Part shown: piece by piece, positions 18,235-27,382 of the stretch
Layout of the letters: each line of letters opens with the position of its first letter
Position numbering within the stretch: the first letter of the stretch is position 1
NCBI GenBank assembly: GCA_964617105.1
Contig: CAZTWC010000006.1
Coordinates: 1 to 38,722, forward strand
DNA from: an uncultured Myxococcia bacterium
GTDB taxonomy: Bacteria; CAZTWC01
Direction of reading: 5' to 3'
Length of the DNA: 38,722 nt
The notes under the pieces: generated by a model
Databases searched by the model: none
Told to the model about the DNA's origin: nothing
What the model saw: only the letters and a program-made list of their open reading frames with translations
Translations under genes and position numbers: made by a program

Positions 18235-19374
18235 TTATGCCCTCTCTACCAGTTTCTCGATAATATAGTTGCTCTCCTCCATAGCCCGGTACTTAAACTC
18301 TTGGAAGTAGTCGGAAATCTGGCTAAAAAGTCGGACAAACTCCTGCCGGTCACCTTTTTTGACTATTTGGGCCAAAGTAGTAACCGCCTGGTTGAAACTA
18401 TCTAAAACCACCTTCCTCTGTTGGTTGGAGGTGATAATATCAGCATACAAACCAGCCTCCTGGCTAAACAGCCGGCCCACCATATCCAACTCCAAACGAT
18501 AGATAGGACTTGTAAAACGCAGAGTTTTCTTTAGATCAACGCCCAAATCCATTATAGTTTTTCCCATCACCATGGTTTCAAAGTGTTTCAACACCTGCAC
18601 CACCGCCATAACCGCATCATGCTCTTTAGGGTTGCTCTCAATCACCTCGGCGCCCTTTTTCTCCAGCAAATTTTTCAACCAGAGCAGCCATTTTTCTCCC
18701 CGGGCCGGACATAGCACCACTGTCTGCCGATTCAGCCGCTTTACCGTGGGGCCAAACATGGGATGGGTACCTATTACATCGCATCCTTTGGAGTGCTGGA
18801 GCATCAGATCTACTGGCTCCTCTTTTAAAGAGGTAAAGTCCATTAGCAGAGATCCCGGTTGTACATGGGGGGCAATCGATTTGATAACTTCAGCGGTAAC
18901 ATTAATGGGCACACTGATTATTACCACCTCTGACTGGGCGGTTACCTGGGCGAAATCCTCTTTTGAATCCAGGTCCAAAGGGATCACCTGGTGGCCGCAC
19001 TCCCTGAAAATCCGGTCAAAGAACCGGCCCATCCGCCCCTTGCCTCCTAAAATGACAATTTTTTTAGGGTTAATGGCCAAATCCTTTTGCAAAATATGGT
19101 CTTGAACCTGGTGGGACCTTTCTATAAGTTGGCGGAAAATCATAGCCACCAAATCGGGCTCAATCCCCAGAGCCTCACCCTGCTCTTTTCTGGCTTCCAA
19201 TAGTTGCTGTTCCCGCGTACGGTGAAACAAAGGAAGTCCCCTGCTGCGCTTATAATCAGCCACCCGCTCAACCACCTCCTGGCGTTTGGCTATAAGTTCA
19301 AGGAGTTGCAGGTCTATTTGATCTAACTGGTTTCGATATTTTTCCAATGACATAGTGGTGCTTTTAACGGTCAA
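18235..19374 (-). CDS. tyrA: Bifunctional chorismate mutase/prephenate dehydrogenase
   Basis: AroQ-type N-terminus (RNQLDQID...R...K...RE), followed by GGKGRMG, DFTSLK, THPMFGP and EHD. The start may be ATG 19353. Confidence 0.9.
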   Translation of the reverse strand: MTVKSTTMSLEKYRNQLDQIDLQLLELIAKRQEVVERVADYKRSRGLPLFHRTREQQLLEARKEQGEALGIEPDLVAMIFRQLIERSHQVQDHILQKDLAINPKKIVILGGKGRMGRFFDRIFRECGHQVIPLDLDSKEDFAQVTAQSEVVIISVPINVTAEVIKSIAPHVQPGSLLMDFTSLKEEPVDLMLQHSKGCDVIGTHPMFGPTVKRLNRQTVVLCPARGEKWLLWLKNLLEKKGAEVIESNPKEHDAVMAVVQVLKHFETMVMGKTIMDLGVDLKKTLRFTSPIYRLELDMVGRLFSQEAGLYADIITSNQQRKVVLDSFNQAVTTLAQIVKKGDRQEFVRLFSQISDYFQEFKYRAMEESNYIIEKLVERA

Positions 19375-19388
19375 TACGTCAAACCTTT

Positions 19389-20282
19389 TTACTGGAGGTT
19401 GGTGGTGTAGTAAAAGATCTCCTTTAAATCATAGGTGCTTACATAGGGTATAAATCCATGCCGCCGGGAAAACTTGATGGCCTGCCAGGCTAACTTTGCC
19501 TGACGGTAATCAGCGTAATCAAGGGTTAATATCTGCAGATTTTTATTCTTTTTAAGGCCATCTTTTATTTGCTGTAAAAGGATTTTCTGAGTATTTTTAT
19601 CAACTTTGATGTACCCCTTCTGTCCACCGCCATAATAACTGTACAGATCTTCTACCAGGACGTAATCAATTTCTGGGGCGATCTTAGGCAGTATGGGCAA
19701 ACCTCGATTGGCGATAATATATATTTTGGGATACTCTTTTTTTATTCGCTTTATAACTTTGATCAAGGCTTCAATGCTGCCTTTGAATTTATTCTTTTCC
19801 TTTCCGGTCAGGGTTTCCAAACTTATAATGGAATCTAAGGTATCAAGAAAAATACCGTCAAAACCATTTTTTAAAATTTTGGGAATAAATCGTTTGAAAA
19901 GCAGATCCTGCCACTTTTTATCTCTGATATCCACCAGCCAGGAATTCCACAACTCACTCTTTTTAACTAAAAAGGGTTGCCCTTTTACCTTAGGCCAATA
20001 AGGATTGCCCTCATTAATTTCCCCAACACTCAAGTAGCCTAAATATAGCGGTTGTTTGGCCCCGGTCCTCTTTAGTTGGGGATGCCTATATCCATTGAGC
20101 ACCACCAGATCGAAATTGGTAAAGAATTCATGGCCAAAAGTAAGGCCGTAATAACAGAGCCAATTGTTCACCCGGGGAGCACTGGCGCCAGCCATGGCGG
20201 GAATAACTTTTATAGTTACCACCAATAATAAGGACACCAATAGGTTGATAATATTTATTCTCTTCATAATAACGGTTCTCAT
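19389..20282 (-). CDS. Secreted endo-alpha-1,4-polygalactosaminidase (stand-alone PelA hydrolase-like domain)
   Basis: Signal peptide followed by WLCYYG, YLSVGE, GFDGIFLDTLDS, IIANRG, LVEDL, LTLDY and GFIPYVS motifs, matching the PelA hydrolase/GH114-GH166 type. Confidence 0.85.
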   Translation of the reverse strand: MRTVIMKRINIINLLVSLLLVVTIKVIPAMAGASAPRVNNWLCYYGLTFGHEFFTNFDLVVLNGYRHPQLKRTGAKQPLYLGYLSVGEINEGNPYWPKVKGQPFLVKKSELWNSWLVDIRDKKWQDLLFKRFIPKILKNGFDGIFLDTLDSIISLETLTGKEKNKFKGSIEALIKVIKRIKKEYPKIYIIANRGLPILPKIAPEIDYVLVEDLYSYYGGGQKGYIKVDKNTQKILLQQIKDGLKKNKNLQILTLDYADYRQAKLAWQAIKFSRRHGFIPYVSTYDLKEIFYYTTNLQ

Positions 20283-20308
20283 AATAAAGTGCCCATCCGG
20301 GACATAAG

Positions 20309-20875
20309 TTATTGTTCTACCAACTTTTCAACTAAATCATAGCAGATCTGTTGAGCCAGCCTGGTTAGCGAGTCATGGCAAAACCACAAACATCCCCCCA
20401 TTTCCGACTTGCTGTCCGCCCATAGGATCTCCCCGGTTTTTACATCTAACATCCGTACGCTGATTCCCACCACCGGGTTCTCATCCAAACCCCGCTTGTA
20501 ACGAAACTCGGTAACCGCCCCATAAATTACTGTATCCACCTCTAGTTTATTACCCACCTTGATTGCTGCTGTCCGGTCTAGCATCTGGCTCTGATCCGCC
20601 CATTGATTCTTTAGGGTTTCCTGCATCTGGGTTTTTTCCATCAATTTGAATTTAGACTGGGCATAAAGCTGGGTGGTGATCAACTCTGCAGCAATGCGGC
20701 CAGCATAGGGATAGTTGGTGAGATTCACCAGAGGAAGAACTGCCACCTGCCGGGCTCGCGAATAAATTTGATCATATTTGGTCAAAGTCCGGCTGGATGA
20801 GCAGGAGATCATAATCGATCCGGCTATCATCCCAAGGAAAAGTGGTATAAATAGGGCTATTTTGCTTTGATTCAT
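20309..20875 (-). CDS. pelC: PelC-like outer-membrane lipoprotein
   Basis: Lipobox MISC, then VAVLPLVNLTNYPYAG, IYGAVTEFRYKRGLDENPVVGI and GEILW, resembling PelC. Start set at ATG 20875. Confidence 0.78.
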   Translation of the reverse strand: MNQSKIALFIPLFLGMIAGSIMISCSSSRTLTKYDQIYSRARQVAVLPLVNLTNYPYAGRIAAELITTQLYAQSKFKLMEKTQMQETLKNQWADQSQMLDRTAAIKVGNKLEVDTVIYGAVTEFRYKRGLDENPVVGISVRMLDVKTGEILWADSKSEMGGCLWFCHDSLTRLAQQICYDLVEKLVEQ

Positions 20876-21072
20876 CTGAAGCATTCCTTTATATTTGACG
20901 GAAATTAGTGGTAAAAAAATAATCTTACCAAATTTTACTAAATAGCCAAAGAAAAATATTTTAAGCAATGCCTGGTTGAATTGCCAATAGATAATATGCT
21001 AAATTGGTTTAAAACGGTTCTCTCTGGAAAACCTTTACTCGAAACAGTAATTATCTTTTTAAGGATTCTCTA

Positions 21073-22848
21073 ATGAAAATACCCATTGAATTCAAAAAAC
21101 TCAACTTAATCGCCTTTGGAGTAGCTTTGCTATTGGTTCTAACCCTATTCGGATGCCGTCTTTCCGGGGGTGACCAAGATCCAACTGCTGAAGGTGGCGC
21201 CGCTGGAAGCCAGGACCAAGAGCCCTCCCAGGAAACCGGGACAAATAAGGAAACAACACCAAGCCAAGATGAGTGGGACCAGATGGGGCCAGCCAAAAAA
21301 CTGGTGGCGGATCGCAGCGTATACGAACAGGACAAATTAGAGTTGCTCACTCTGCATGTAAAGGTGCAGCCGCAAGGTGACAGCATGGAAGATGTTAACC
21401 AGGATAAATATTTTAATGATGATTTTACTCCCATAGCGGCGGTGACTCTGTCAGAACCTGGCCATTTTTTTGCCGATGGATCCGATTCTGCCACTGCCAC
21501 CTTGAAATCACGGGGACATTCCACCATGACCTCTAAACAGAAATCTTTTAAAATCAAGATCAGCGATAAAACCCAACTATGGCGAGGGCAGCGGATTTTA
21601 AACCTTAACAAGCACCCCTGGGATTTGACCCGCCTGCGCAACAAACTCAGTTTTGATCTGATCAAAACCATCCCCAATATTACCAGTTTTCGCACCGCCT
21701 TTGTCCACCTGTTGGTTGATGATCAAAACTATGGACTTTTTACTCATGTGGAAAACCCCAACGAGCACTATCTAAACAGCCGGGGCTTTGATATGGAGGG
21801 CAATCTATACAAGGCGGAATTTTTCGAATTCTATCGGGATGAAGAGGCGTTAAAACTGGCCGAAGATCCCAGTTACGATGAAAAAGAGTTTGAAAAGATA
21901 CTGGAGATCAAAAGCGAAAACCGTAATCACGCCAAATTGCTAAAAATGCTGGATGATGTCAATAACACTGACCTGGATATCGATCAAGTGTTCAAACGCC
22001 ATTTTGAATTGGATAACTACCTCACCTGGCTGGCTATTAATCTTTTAATGTATAACAATGATACCAATTCCCAAAATTTTCTCCTCTATAGCCCCTCAGA
22101 TCAAAAAACCTGGTATTTTATCCCCTGGGATTATGACGGCGCCTGGGATTATTACAATCAGCCCCAATCAAAGAAGACACCAAGACCCCGGTGGTGGGAG
22201 GGAATAGCCAATTGGTGGGGAGTGATTTTGCACCAGCGATTCTTAAAAAAACCGGGCAACCTAAAACTCTTACAGGAGCGGGTGGAGCAGATTAAAGATA
22301 AATATTTTGGCAAAGATAAGATAAAAAAACTTATCGATCAATATAAGGCTTTGATATTTGAAGACTATATCGCTAAAATGCCGGATTTTAAACGTCTGCC
22401 CACCATTGCAGACGACCCGGAAGATAAAATAGCCGAGGCAAAAGGGGAGATAGCCCGGTTGCCGGAGATTATTGAGCAAAAATACCAGCAATTTATCGAT
22501 GCTCTGGAACGGCCCATGCCCATTTACCTTGGCGATCCAGAGGTAATCCGAGATGGAAAAAAAGTTCTATTTCTGTGGGATGAATCTTTTGATCTGCAGG
22601 GCGATGATATATATTACGATTTTGCCCTTAGCAGCAATCCCCAATTCACCAAAGATGATATCCTGTATGAAGAAATCGAATTAACCAAACTGTCCCTTAT
22701 TCTGGACAAGCCCAAGCCCGGCACCTACTATTTTCGGATAATTATCCGTGACAAAAAGGATCCTGAGCACAACTGGCAGATTCCCTTTTCAAAATATAGG
22801 AGTGAAGATGGCCGGTATTATGGGATGAAACAGTTTGAGATAAAATAG
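21073..22848 (+). CDS. CotH-family atypical kinase, predicted lipoprotein
   Basis: Lipobox LFGC with a disordered linker, then SRGHST...KSFKIK, LNLNKH...D..R.RN, YGLFTHVE, LYKAE, NNDTNSQNF and FIPWDYDGAW; Fn3-like C-terminal segment. Confidence 0.85.
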   Translation: MKIPIEFKKLNLIAFGVALLLVLTLFGCRLSGGDQDPTAEGGAAGSQDQEPSQETGTNKETTPSQDEWDQMGPAKKLVADRSVYEQDKLELLTLHVKVQPQGDSMEDVNQDKYFNDDFTPIAAVTLSEPGHFFADGSDSATATLKSRGHSTMTSKQKSFKIKISDKTQLWRGQRILNLNKHPWDLTRLRNKLSFDLIKTIPNITSFRTAFVHLLVDDQNYGLFTHVENPNEHYLNSRGFDMEGNLYKAEFFEFYRDEEALKLAEDPSYDEKEFEKILEIKSENRNHAKLLKMLDDVNNTDLDIDQVFKRHFELDNYLTWLAINLLMYNNDTNSQNFLLYSPSDQKTWYFIPWDYDGAWDYYNQPQSKKTPRPRWWEGIANWWGVILHQRFLKKPGNLKLLQERVEQIKDKYFGKDKIKKLIDQYKALIFEDYIAKMPDFKRLPTIADDPEDKIAEAKGEIARLPEIIEQKYQQFIDALERPMPIYLGDPEVIRDGKKVLFLWDESFDLQGDDIYYDFALSSNPQFTKDDILYEEIELTKLSLILDKPKPGTYYFRIIIRDKKDPEHNWQIPFSKYRSEDGRYYGMKQFEIK

Positions 22849-22873
22849 AGATTCCTATTTACCCTGGGGAGTG

Positions 22874-23965
22874 TCAAGGCGCCTCGTTTCTGACACAGCG
22901 GGCATAACTCTTGTTTGTCTTACCATAACCCCATATACCACCAGTGGTAAAGTCTACGGTCCAGGCCTGGCTGGTATCATTTTCATAATCAGTTGAGGTC
23001 CAGTAGCCCTTTAACTCGCCCGGCATAATATCCTCGCATTTAGCACTCTTTTTGCCGGTGCCGTTATTATTGTCTTGATAGGATTTTACGCAGGCGTCGC
23101 AGAAGCCGCCGAACCCGCTGCCATCGGTGGTGACAGCGGTGTCGCAACCCCCTAAAATATCCATATATTCCGCCTTGGTGGGCAGATGCCAATCGGTGAA
23201 TCCACCCAAATCCAGGGTGTCGCAGTATTTTTTTGCATCCGCCCAAAGGAAATCCACACAGGGCCGGGATTGCTGCCACATCAAGTTGGTGTCTTTGTCG
23301 GTTATCAGACCGCAGCCGCAGCGGCTATAGGCTTTACCGTCATCGCTACACACTTTAACATTACACCGCTCCCCCGGACAGGCACACTCTACGATCTCCT
23401 CGGCCGTACAAATAGGTTTGTCTTCCGGTTTTGGCGGCGGCGGTGGTTCGGGCGGGACTTCCATCTGCCAGGTATAATAGTTACCCACTTTGCCATCAAC
23501 ATCCATCAGGCCCAGGCGAATTTGGAAATCTTTGTCTCCCAATCCCTCATTATCGGTCAATTTACCGCGGATAGTCACCATACCCGTCGGCCCATCGGCT
23601 TTGGGGATAGCCTTGAATTCAACTGCCACTTCAAAATAACTGGTAGCCTTGTCAATATACACAATGGCCTTTTTCAATTTGGAGCCATCAGCATAATCGG
23701 TAGCCAGGGTGATCTGAAACAGTTGGTCTACAAATATATCCGGGGGAGTAGTGGCCGTTATGATTTGAGGATAGGCTTTATCACCGGCATTTTCCGGCGG
23801 CGGTTCACCCTCTTTTTTTTCAGCATTTTCAAAGTCGGCAAAATCAGCCAGACGGTTGGCAATGGCCACCTCATCCTGTTTGTTTTCATTGCAAAAAAAC
23901 AGTAGGCTGGAGAGCCCCAGTAAGACTATACAGGTCAAAAATAATATTATCGGTTTCATTATCAA
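22874..23965 (-). CDS. Exported protein with Pro-rich linker, Cys-rich repeat and C-terminal DUF1566 (Lcl-type) domain
   Basis: ITDKDTNLMWQQ, WADAKKYCDTLDLGGFTDWHLPTKAE, YWTST, AWTVDF and ARCVR motifs; hydrophobic N-terminus with a possible lipidated Cys. Confidence 0.8.
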   Translation of the reverse strand: MIMKPIILFLTCIVLLGLSSLLFFCNENKQDEVAIANRLADFADFENAEKKEGEPPPENAGDKAYPQIITATTPPDIFVDQLFQITLATDYADGSKLKKAIVYIDKATSYFEVAVEFKAIPKADGPTGMVTIRGKLTDNEGLGDKDFQIRLGLMDVDGKVGNYYTWQMEVPPEPPPPPKPEDKPICTAEEIVECACPGERCNVKVCSDDGKAYSRCGCGLITDKDTNLMWQQSRPCVDFLWADAKKYCDTLDLGGFTDWHLPTKAEYMDILGGCDTAVTTDGSGFGGFCDACVKSYQDNNNGTGKKSAKCEDIMPGELKGYWTSTDYENDTSQAWTVDFTTGGIWGYGKTNKSYARCVRNEAP

Positions 23966-24031
23966 GTTAAATCCTTATATTAGGCGATCTACAGGTGGGG
24001 ACGGGAATTATTCACTCCGGCTTTAATGATA

Positions 24032-25372
24032 TTACCAATAGGCCACCACCCCAGTATAAAACCCCAGGCCATGGTGAAGTTTTCTAACCGGAAACAGATC
24101 AACGTAAACATCTTTTTGATTTATTGCCTGGCCATCTTTATTGATAGATTCATATTTAATAGGCTCAGAGGTAAATTGAGTTGTGAGTTGGTCTTCACTT
24201 TTTAAGGCAAAGGTAAAATTATAGGTGGCCTCAATTTTTAGGCCAATATGGTGTGACAACAGCCACTCCACTCCAGCAGAGGTGGTTAGATCAACCCCTA
24301 AAAAACTTATATCATCATTTGGTTTAGCCCAAACCTCCAGGCTGCAGTAGTTTTGATTTTTAGAATAGGGACTTTTACAGATATCATTTACGGTTTCTTG
24401 CAGCAATCCCAATCTTTCATCGGCAAAAGTATATTTGTTGTATGATAGACCGGCCCCAATTTTGATAAAAGGGAGAAAACGACCGGTTTCCGGCACAATT
24501 TTAACCCCAAAATCAAGCGGCAATTTATAGGCGGAATAGTTCAACGTAGTGGTGGTGATCATAAATTTAGTGGCGATCTCCTTGTTGGTGTCGGCATTGT
24601 ATACCCTGGCGGTATGCTTATCCTGGAGGCGCATCTGCTCTGAAATGGTAAAGGCAAAAGAGGTGGAAAGAAAAAACCTGATCATACGCCAGTAGGGGTA
24701 ATCTATGTCCACTTTAGCGTGAGCAAAGGGAGGTCTAAAATATAGGATATCATGTTGATCATGCACTGGCCCTAAGGGGATCTCGTATCCGGTTGATAGA
24801 GTGAGAAACAGTTTTTTCGGTTTTTGGGCTATTTTTAATTTGTCAATTAACTGGGCGCTAATATCTTTGGTAAGCCCTTTTTCCTCTAAGTTTAATGCCA
24901 AAGCAGCAGAACGGAGAGAGCCCACCAGCCCGCCTTCATCCCCCACCAGGGTCTGATTTATCCTTTTTAAGGCTTTCACCTCTTTAACATCCAATAGATC
25001 CAAAGAGATAGCATAAACATTGCCGATTTTACCTATCGATCCTTTTAACAAAAATGGGGCATTGATGGCCCGTCCGATTTGAGCCAAAGATTCATCAGTA
25101 TTGTCATCCTGGCCCAACAACTGTTTTAGAGATTCGTTTTGTAAAATTAAACGCACATCTTCCTGGGAAAACACCTGGTACAATCTACCCCGTTCGATCT
25201 CCATATCCAGCAGGTCGGTCAAACTGCTGGCAATCTCTTTTGATACCCCATTGGGTTTGAGATCCATAACCAACAGCCTGGGCATCGGGCTTTTCTCCTG
25301 TCCCAAAGCGATATTGCCAAGGGTTATTGAGAAAATAATCAGAGCGATTGAGAAATATTTTATCCTATTCAT
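24032..25372 (-). CDS. Hypothetical outer-membrane protein: CsgG/TolB_N-like alpha/beta domain plus beta-barrel-like C-terminus
   Basis: Signal peptide. RLLVMDL...LAQIGRAINAPFLLKGSIGKIG...ISLDLLDV fold signature. Amphipathic strands (PFIKIGAGLSY, AGVEW, GLKIEATYNF) and terminal YW. Confidence 0.6.
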   Translation of the reverse strand: MNRIKYFSIALIIFSITLGNIALGQEKSPMPRLLVMDLKPNGVSKEIASSLTDLLDMEIERGRLYQVFSQEDVRLILQNESLKQLLGQDDNTDESLAQIGRAINAPFLLKGSIGKIGNVYAISLDLLDVKEVKALKRINQTLVGDEGGLVGSLRSAALALNLEEKGLTKDISAQLIDKLKIAQKPKKLFLTLSTGYEIPLGPVHDQHDILYFRPPFAHAKVDIDYPYWRMIRFFLSTSFAFTISEQMRLQDKHTARVYNADTNKEIATKFMITTTTLNYSAYKLPLDFGVKIVPETGRFLPFIKIGAGLSYNKYTFADERLGLLQETVNDICKSPYSKNQNYCSLEVWAKPNDDISFLGVDLTTSAGVEWLLSHHIGLKIEATYNFTFALKSEDQLTTQFTSEPIKYESINKDGQAINQKDVYVDLFPVRKLHHGLGFYTGVVAYW

Positions 25373-25621
25373 AGGTGCTCCATCTCTTTAAATATACTTT
25401 TATTGTAACCTAAATTCAGCAACTCCTCGATCCTCAAGGCAATCACTGATTTTAAGTGTAATGCTATCACAGTCAAATTTGAATTACAATTATTACTGGA
25501 AGATATCAAAACCTGTCCGGTCTCCATATAATCAAAACCAAGGCTGAATAAAATTCCATTTTATCAAATTTTTTTCTGTGCTAGGATAGTAATTATTCGG
25601 GCGATATGAAAGAAGGTAACC

Positions 25622-25978
25622 ATGGAAATTAGAACCGTTGAAATTGACACGATCCAGGTAATTTCAATACTGGAAGACAGGCTCAGCGAAAATCATTTGG
25701 AGGAGTTTGAACAAGTTATATCACCGGTGTTATCAAAAAGCCCCTGGATAATTTTTGATATGCGCTATCTAAAATTTTTCGACAGTTCCGTCGGGCAACT
25801 ATTATTACGTTTTACTCAACAACAAAATTCAAAACATGGCGAAATAGTTTTTTACGGCCTTAATGATGCCATATCAGCCATTTTTCGGCTCAATCAAATA
25901 AATCGAAACAGCAAAATTTTTTACGCCAGAAAAGAATGCCTGGATTACTTTAGAAAAAAGATGAAAATTCGGATTTAA
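25622..25978 (+). CDS. STAS-domain protein (anti-sigma factor antagonist-like)
   Basis: IIFDMRYLKFFDSS motif with the conserved Ser position; 118 aa; GAAGG RBS. Confidence 0.75.
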   Translation: MEIRTVEIDTIQVISILEDRLSENHLEEFEQVISPVLSKSPWIIFDMRYLKFFDSSVGQLLLRFTQQQNSKHGEIVFYGLNDAISAIFRLNQINRNSKIFYARKECLDYFRKKMKIRI

Positions 25979-25997
25979 TAGGTGGGCAGACTGGCGC

Positions 25998-27371
25998 TCA
26001 AGGCACGATCTGCTGTTTGGTAAAGGTGATATATTCCAGGTCTTTTAGTCTTCTATCCAAAAGGTAAAAAGCGACTATTAACGATATAAAACAGGAGGTA
26101 GCATAGCCATATCCCCAAAATTTAAAGTCCAGCAGGATGGTGATATAACTAAAAATTATGTTGGTGATACAAAAAATCGATGAAATCGCCAAAACCAACC
26201 GGCGCTGGTCAAAATAGAAAAGAATGACGACAGCTGAAGCCAACAGGACATTTAAAAATGATCCGACTACCATTATGCGAAATGTCGGTATCTGTAACGG
26301 GTTCATCCCAATAAAGATAATCAGATTCGGAGCGAAAATAAGGCACAATACACTGATGGTGCCCTGAATAATGAAAATCTCCCGGATACTCTCCTTCAAA
26401 GCGCTTACCATCAGGAATTTCTCCTCTAATATTCTCTTCAAGCACTTTTTTTGCACCACTTTGGTATAGTAACGGCGATAATGCTCGTAGAACACGGTTT
26501 CGATTTTCATCAAAAACATAGCCAGTGTGGGGACAATAGTAAGATAGGCAAAGAACATGGGGGCTTCATAATAGTCGTGGGTATAATAATGATTAACAAT
26601 CAAACGGCTGTGGGGCGCCATCCAAAAAATGAATTTATCGGCCCAAATGGCAATATTGAAAATCAAACCGTTGGCAGCCAAATCCCAATATCTTTTAAAA
26701 TACTCAAAAAATTCCCAATTCCACAGTTTAGAAGGAGGAAATTCAACCAGCATCCGGGATAATTGCCAAAATAATATCAAAGCCTGGCCAATATTGTACC
26801 CGATCAAATAACCTTCTGTACCCCAATATCTGCCCAGGGGAATAGCGGCGACAATGCTGAACATACATCCGCCGATAAAAGCCCAGGCCAGTCCATGATA
26901 GTCCTTGATGGCGCTTAAAAAGATCATGCATAACCAGATCATGGTAACGATTAAAAACAGGGTCAAAGCGCAGTATTTGTGGATAATCGAAATCTCAAAA
27001 AAATATAGGATAATCCAGGCCAAAAAAGTGCCCAGGCTTAGCAGCATAATGGCGCAGGTCATAAAAGTCTGCAGGGTAATATCAACTCGTTCTTCATAAT
27101 ACTGGTCAGCCAGGTAGCGGGTAACCACCAGTTGCATAAATCCAACAAAAATCAGAGAAAAGGCATAACTGTAGATTACCGTAACCTTAAACAACTCCCG
27201 GTCTACATCTTCGGTTCCTGCACCCCGGTATATACTTAAAAAAGAGAGGGTGATAATAGACATCAACCAGGGGCCGGAGGAGATCAAGGTGGAGTAGAGG
27301 TAGGCCCGCAACTCACTGGAAAAAGTGTCTTTTTCCAAAATTTTTCTTAATTCAAATCCGATTCCAGCCAT
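25998..27371 (-). CDS. pelG: Exopolysaccharide Pel transporter PelG
   Basis: Diagnostic N-terminus MAGIGFELRKIL, plus SSGPW, IWADKFIFW and VILFYFD; about 12 TM segments. Confidence 0.95.
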   Translation of the reverse strand: MAGIGFELRKILEKDTFSSELRAYLYSTLISSGPWLMSIITLSFLSIYRGAGTEDVDRELFKVTVIYSYAFSLIFVGFMQLVVTRYLADQYYEERVDITLQTFMTCAIMLLSLGTFLAWIILYFFEISIIHKYCALTLFLIVTMIWLCMIFLSAIKDYHGLAWAFIGGCMFSIVAAIPLGRYWGTEGYLIGYNIGQALILFWQLSRMLVEFPPSKLWNWEFFEYFKRYWDLAANGLIFNIAIWADKFIFWMAPHSRLIVNHYYTHDYYEAPMFFAYLTIVPTLAMFLMKIETVFYEHYRRYYTKVVQKKCLKRILEEKFLMVSALKESIREIFIIQGTISVLCLIFAPNLIIFIGMNPLQIPTFRIMVVGSFLNVLLASAVVILFYFDQRRLVLAISSIFCITNIIFSYITILLDFKFWGYGYATSCFISLIVAFYLLDRRLKDLEYITFTKQQIVP

Positions 27372-27382
27372 ATTCAGCCCTG

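Noticed and set aside
21051-21695. Long antisense or alternate-frame ORFs (for example 21051-21695, 23186-23905, 2238-2909, 3427-4044, 8971-9567)
   Set aside because: They overlap well-supported genes and have no recognisable motifs; they are shadow ORFs.
20969-25997. Block between pelC and pelG as a mobile element
   Set aside because: No integrase, transposase, terminal repeats or target-site duplication was visible.
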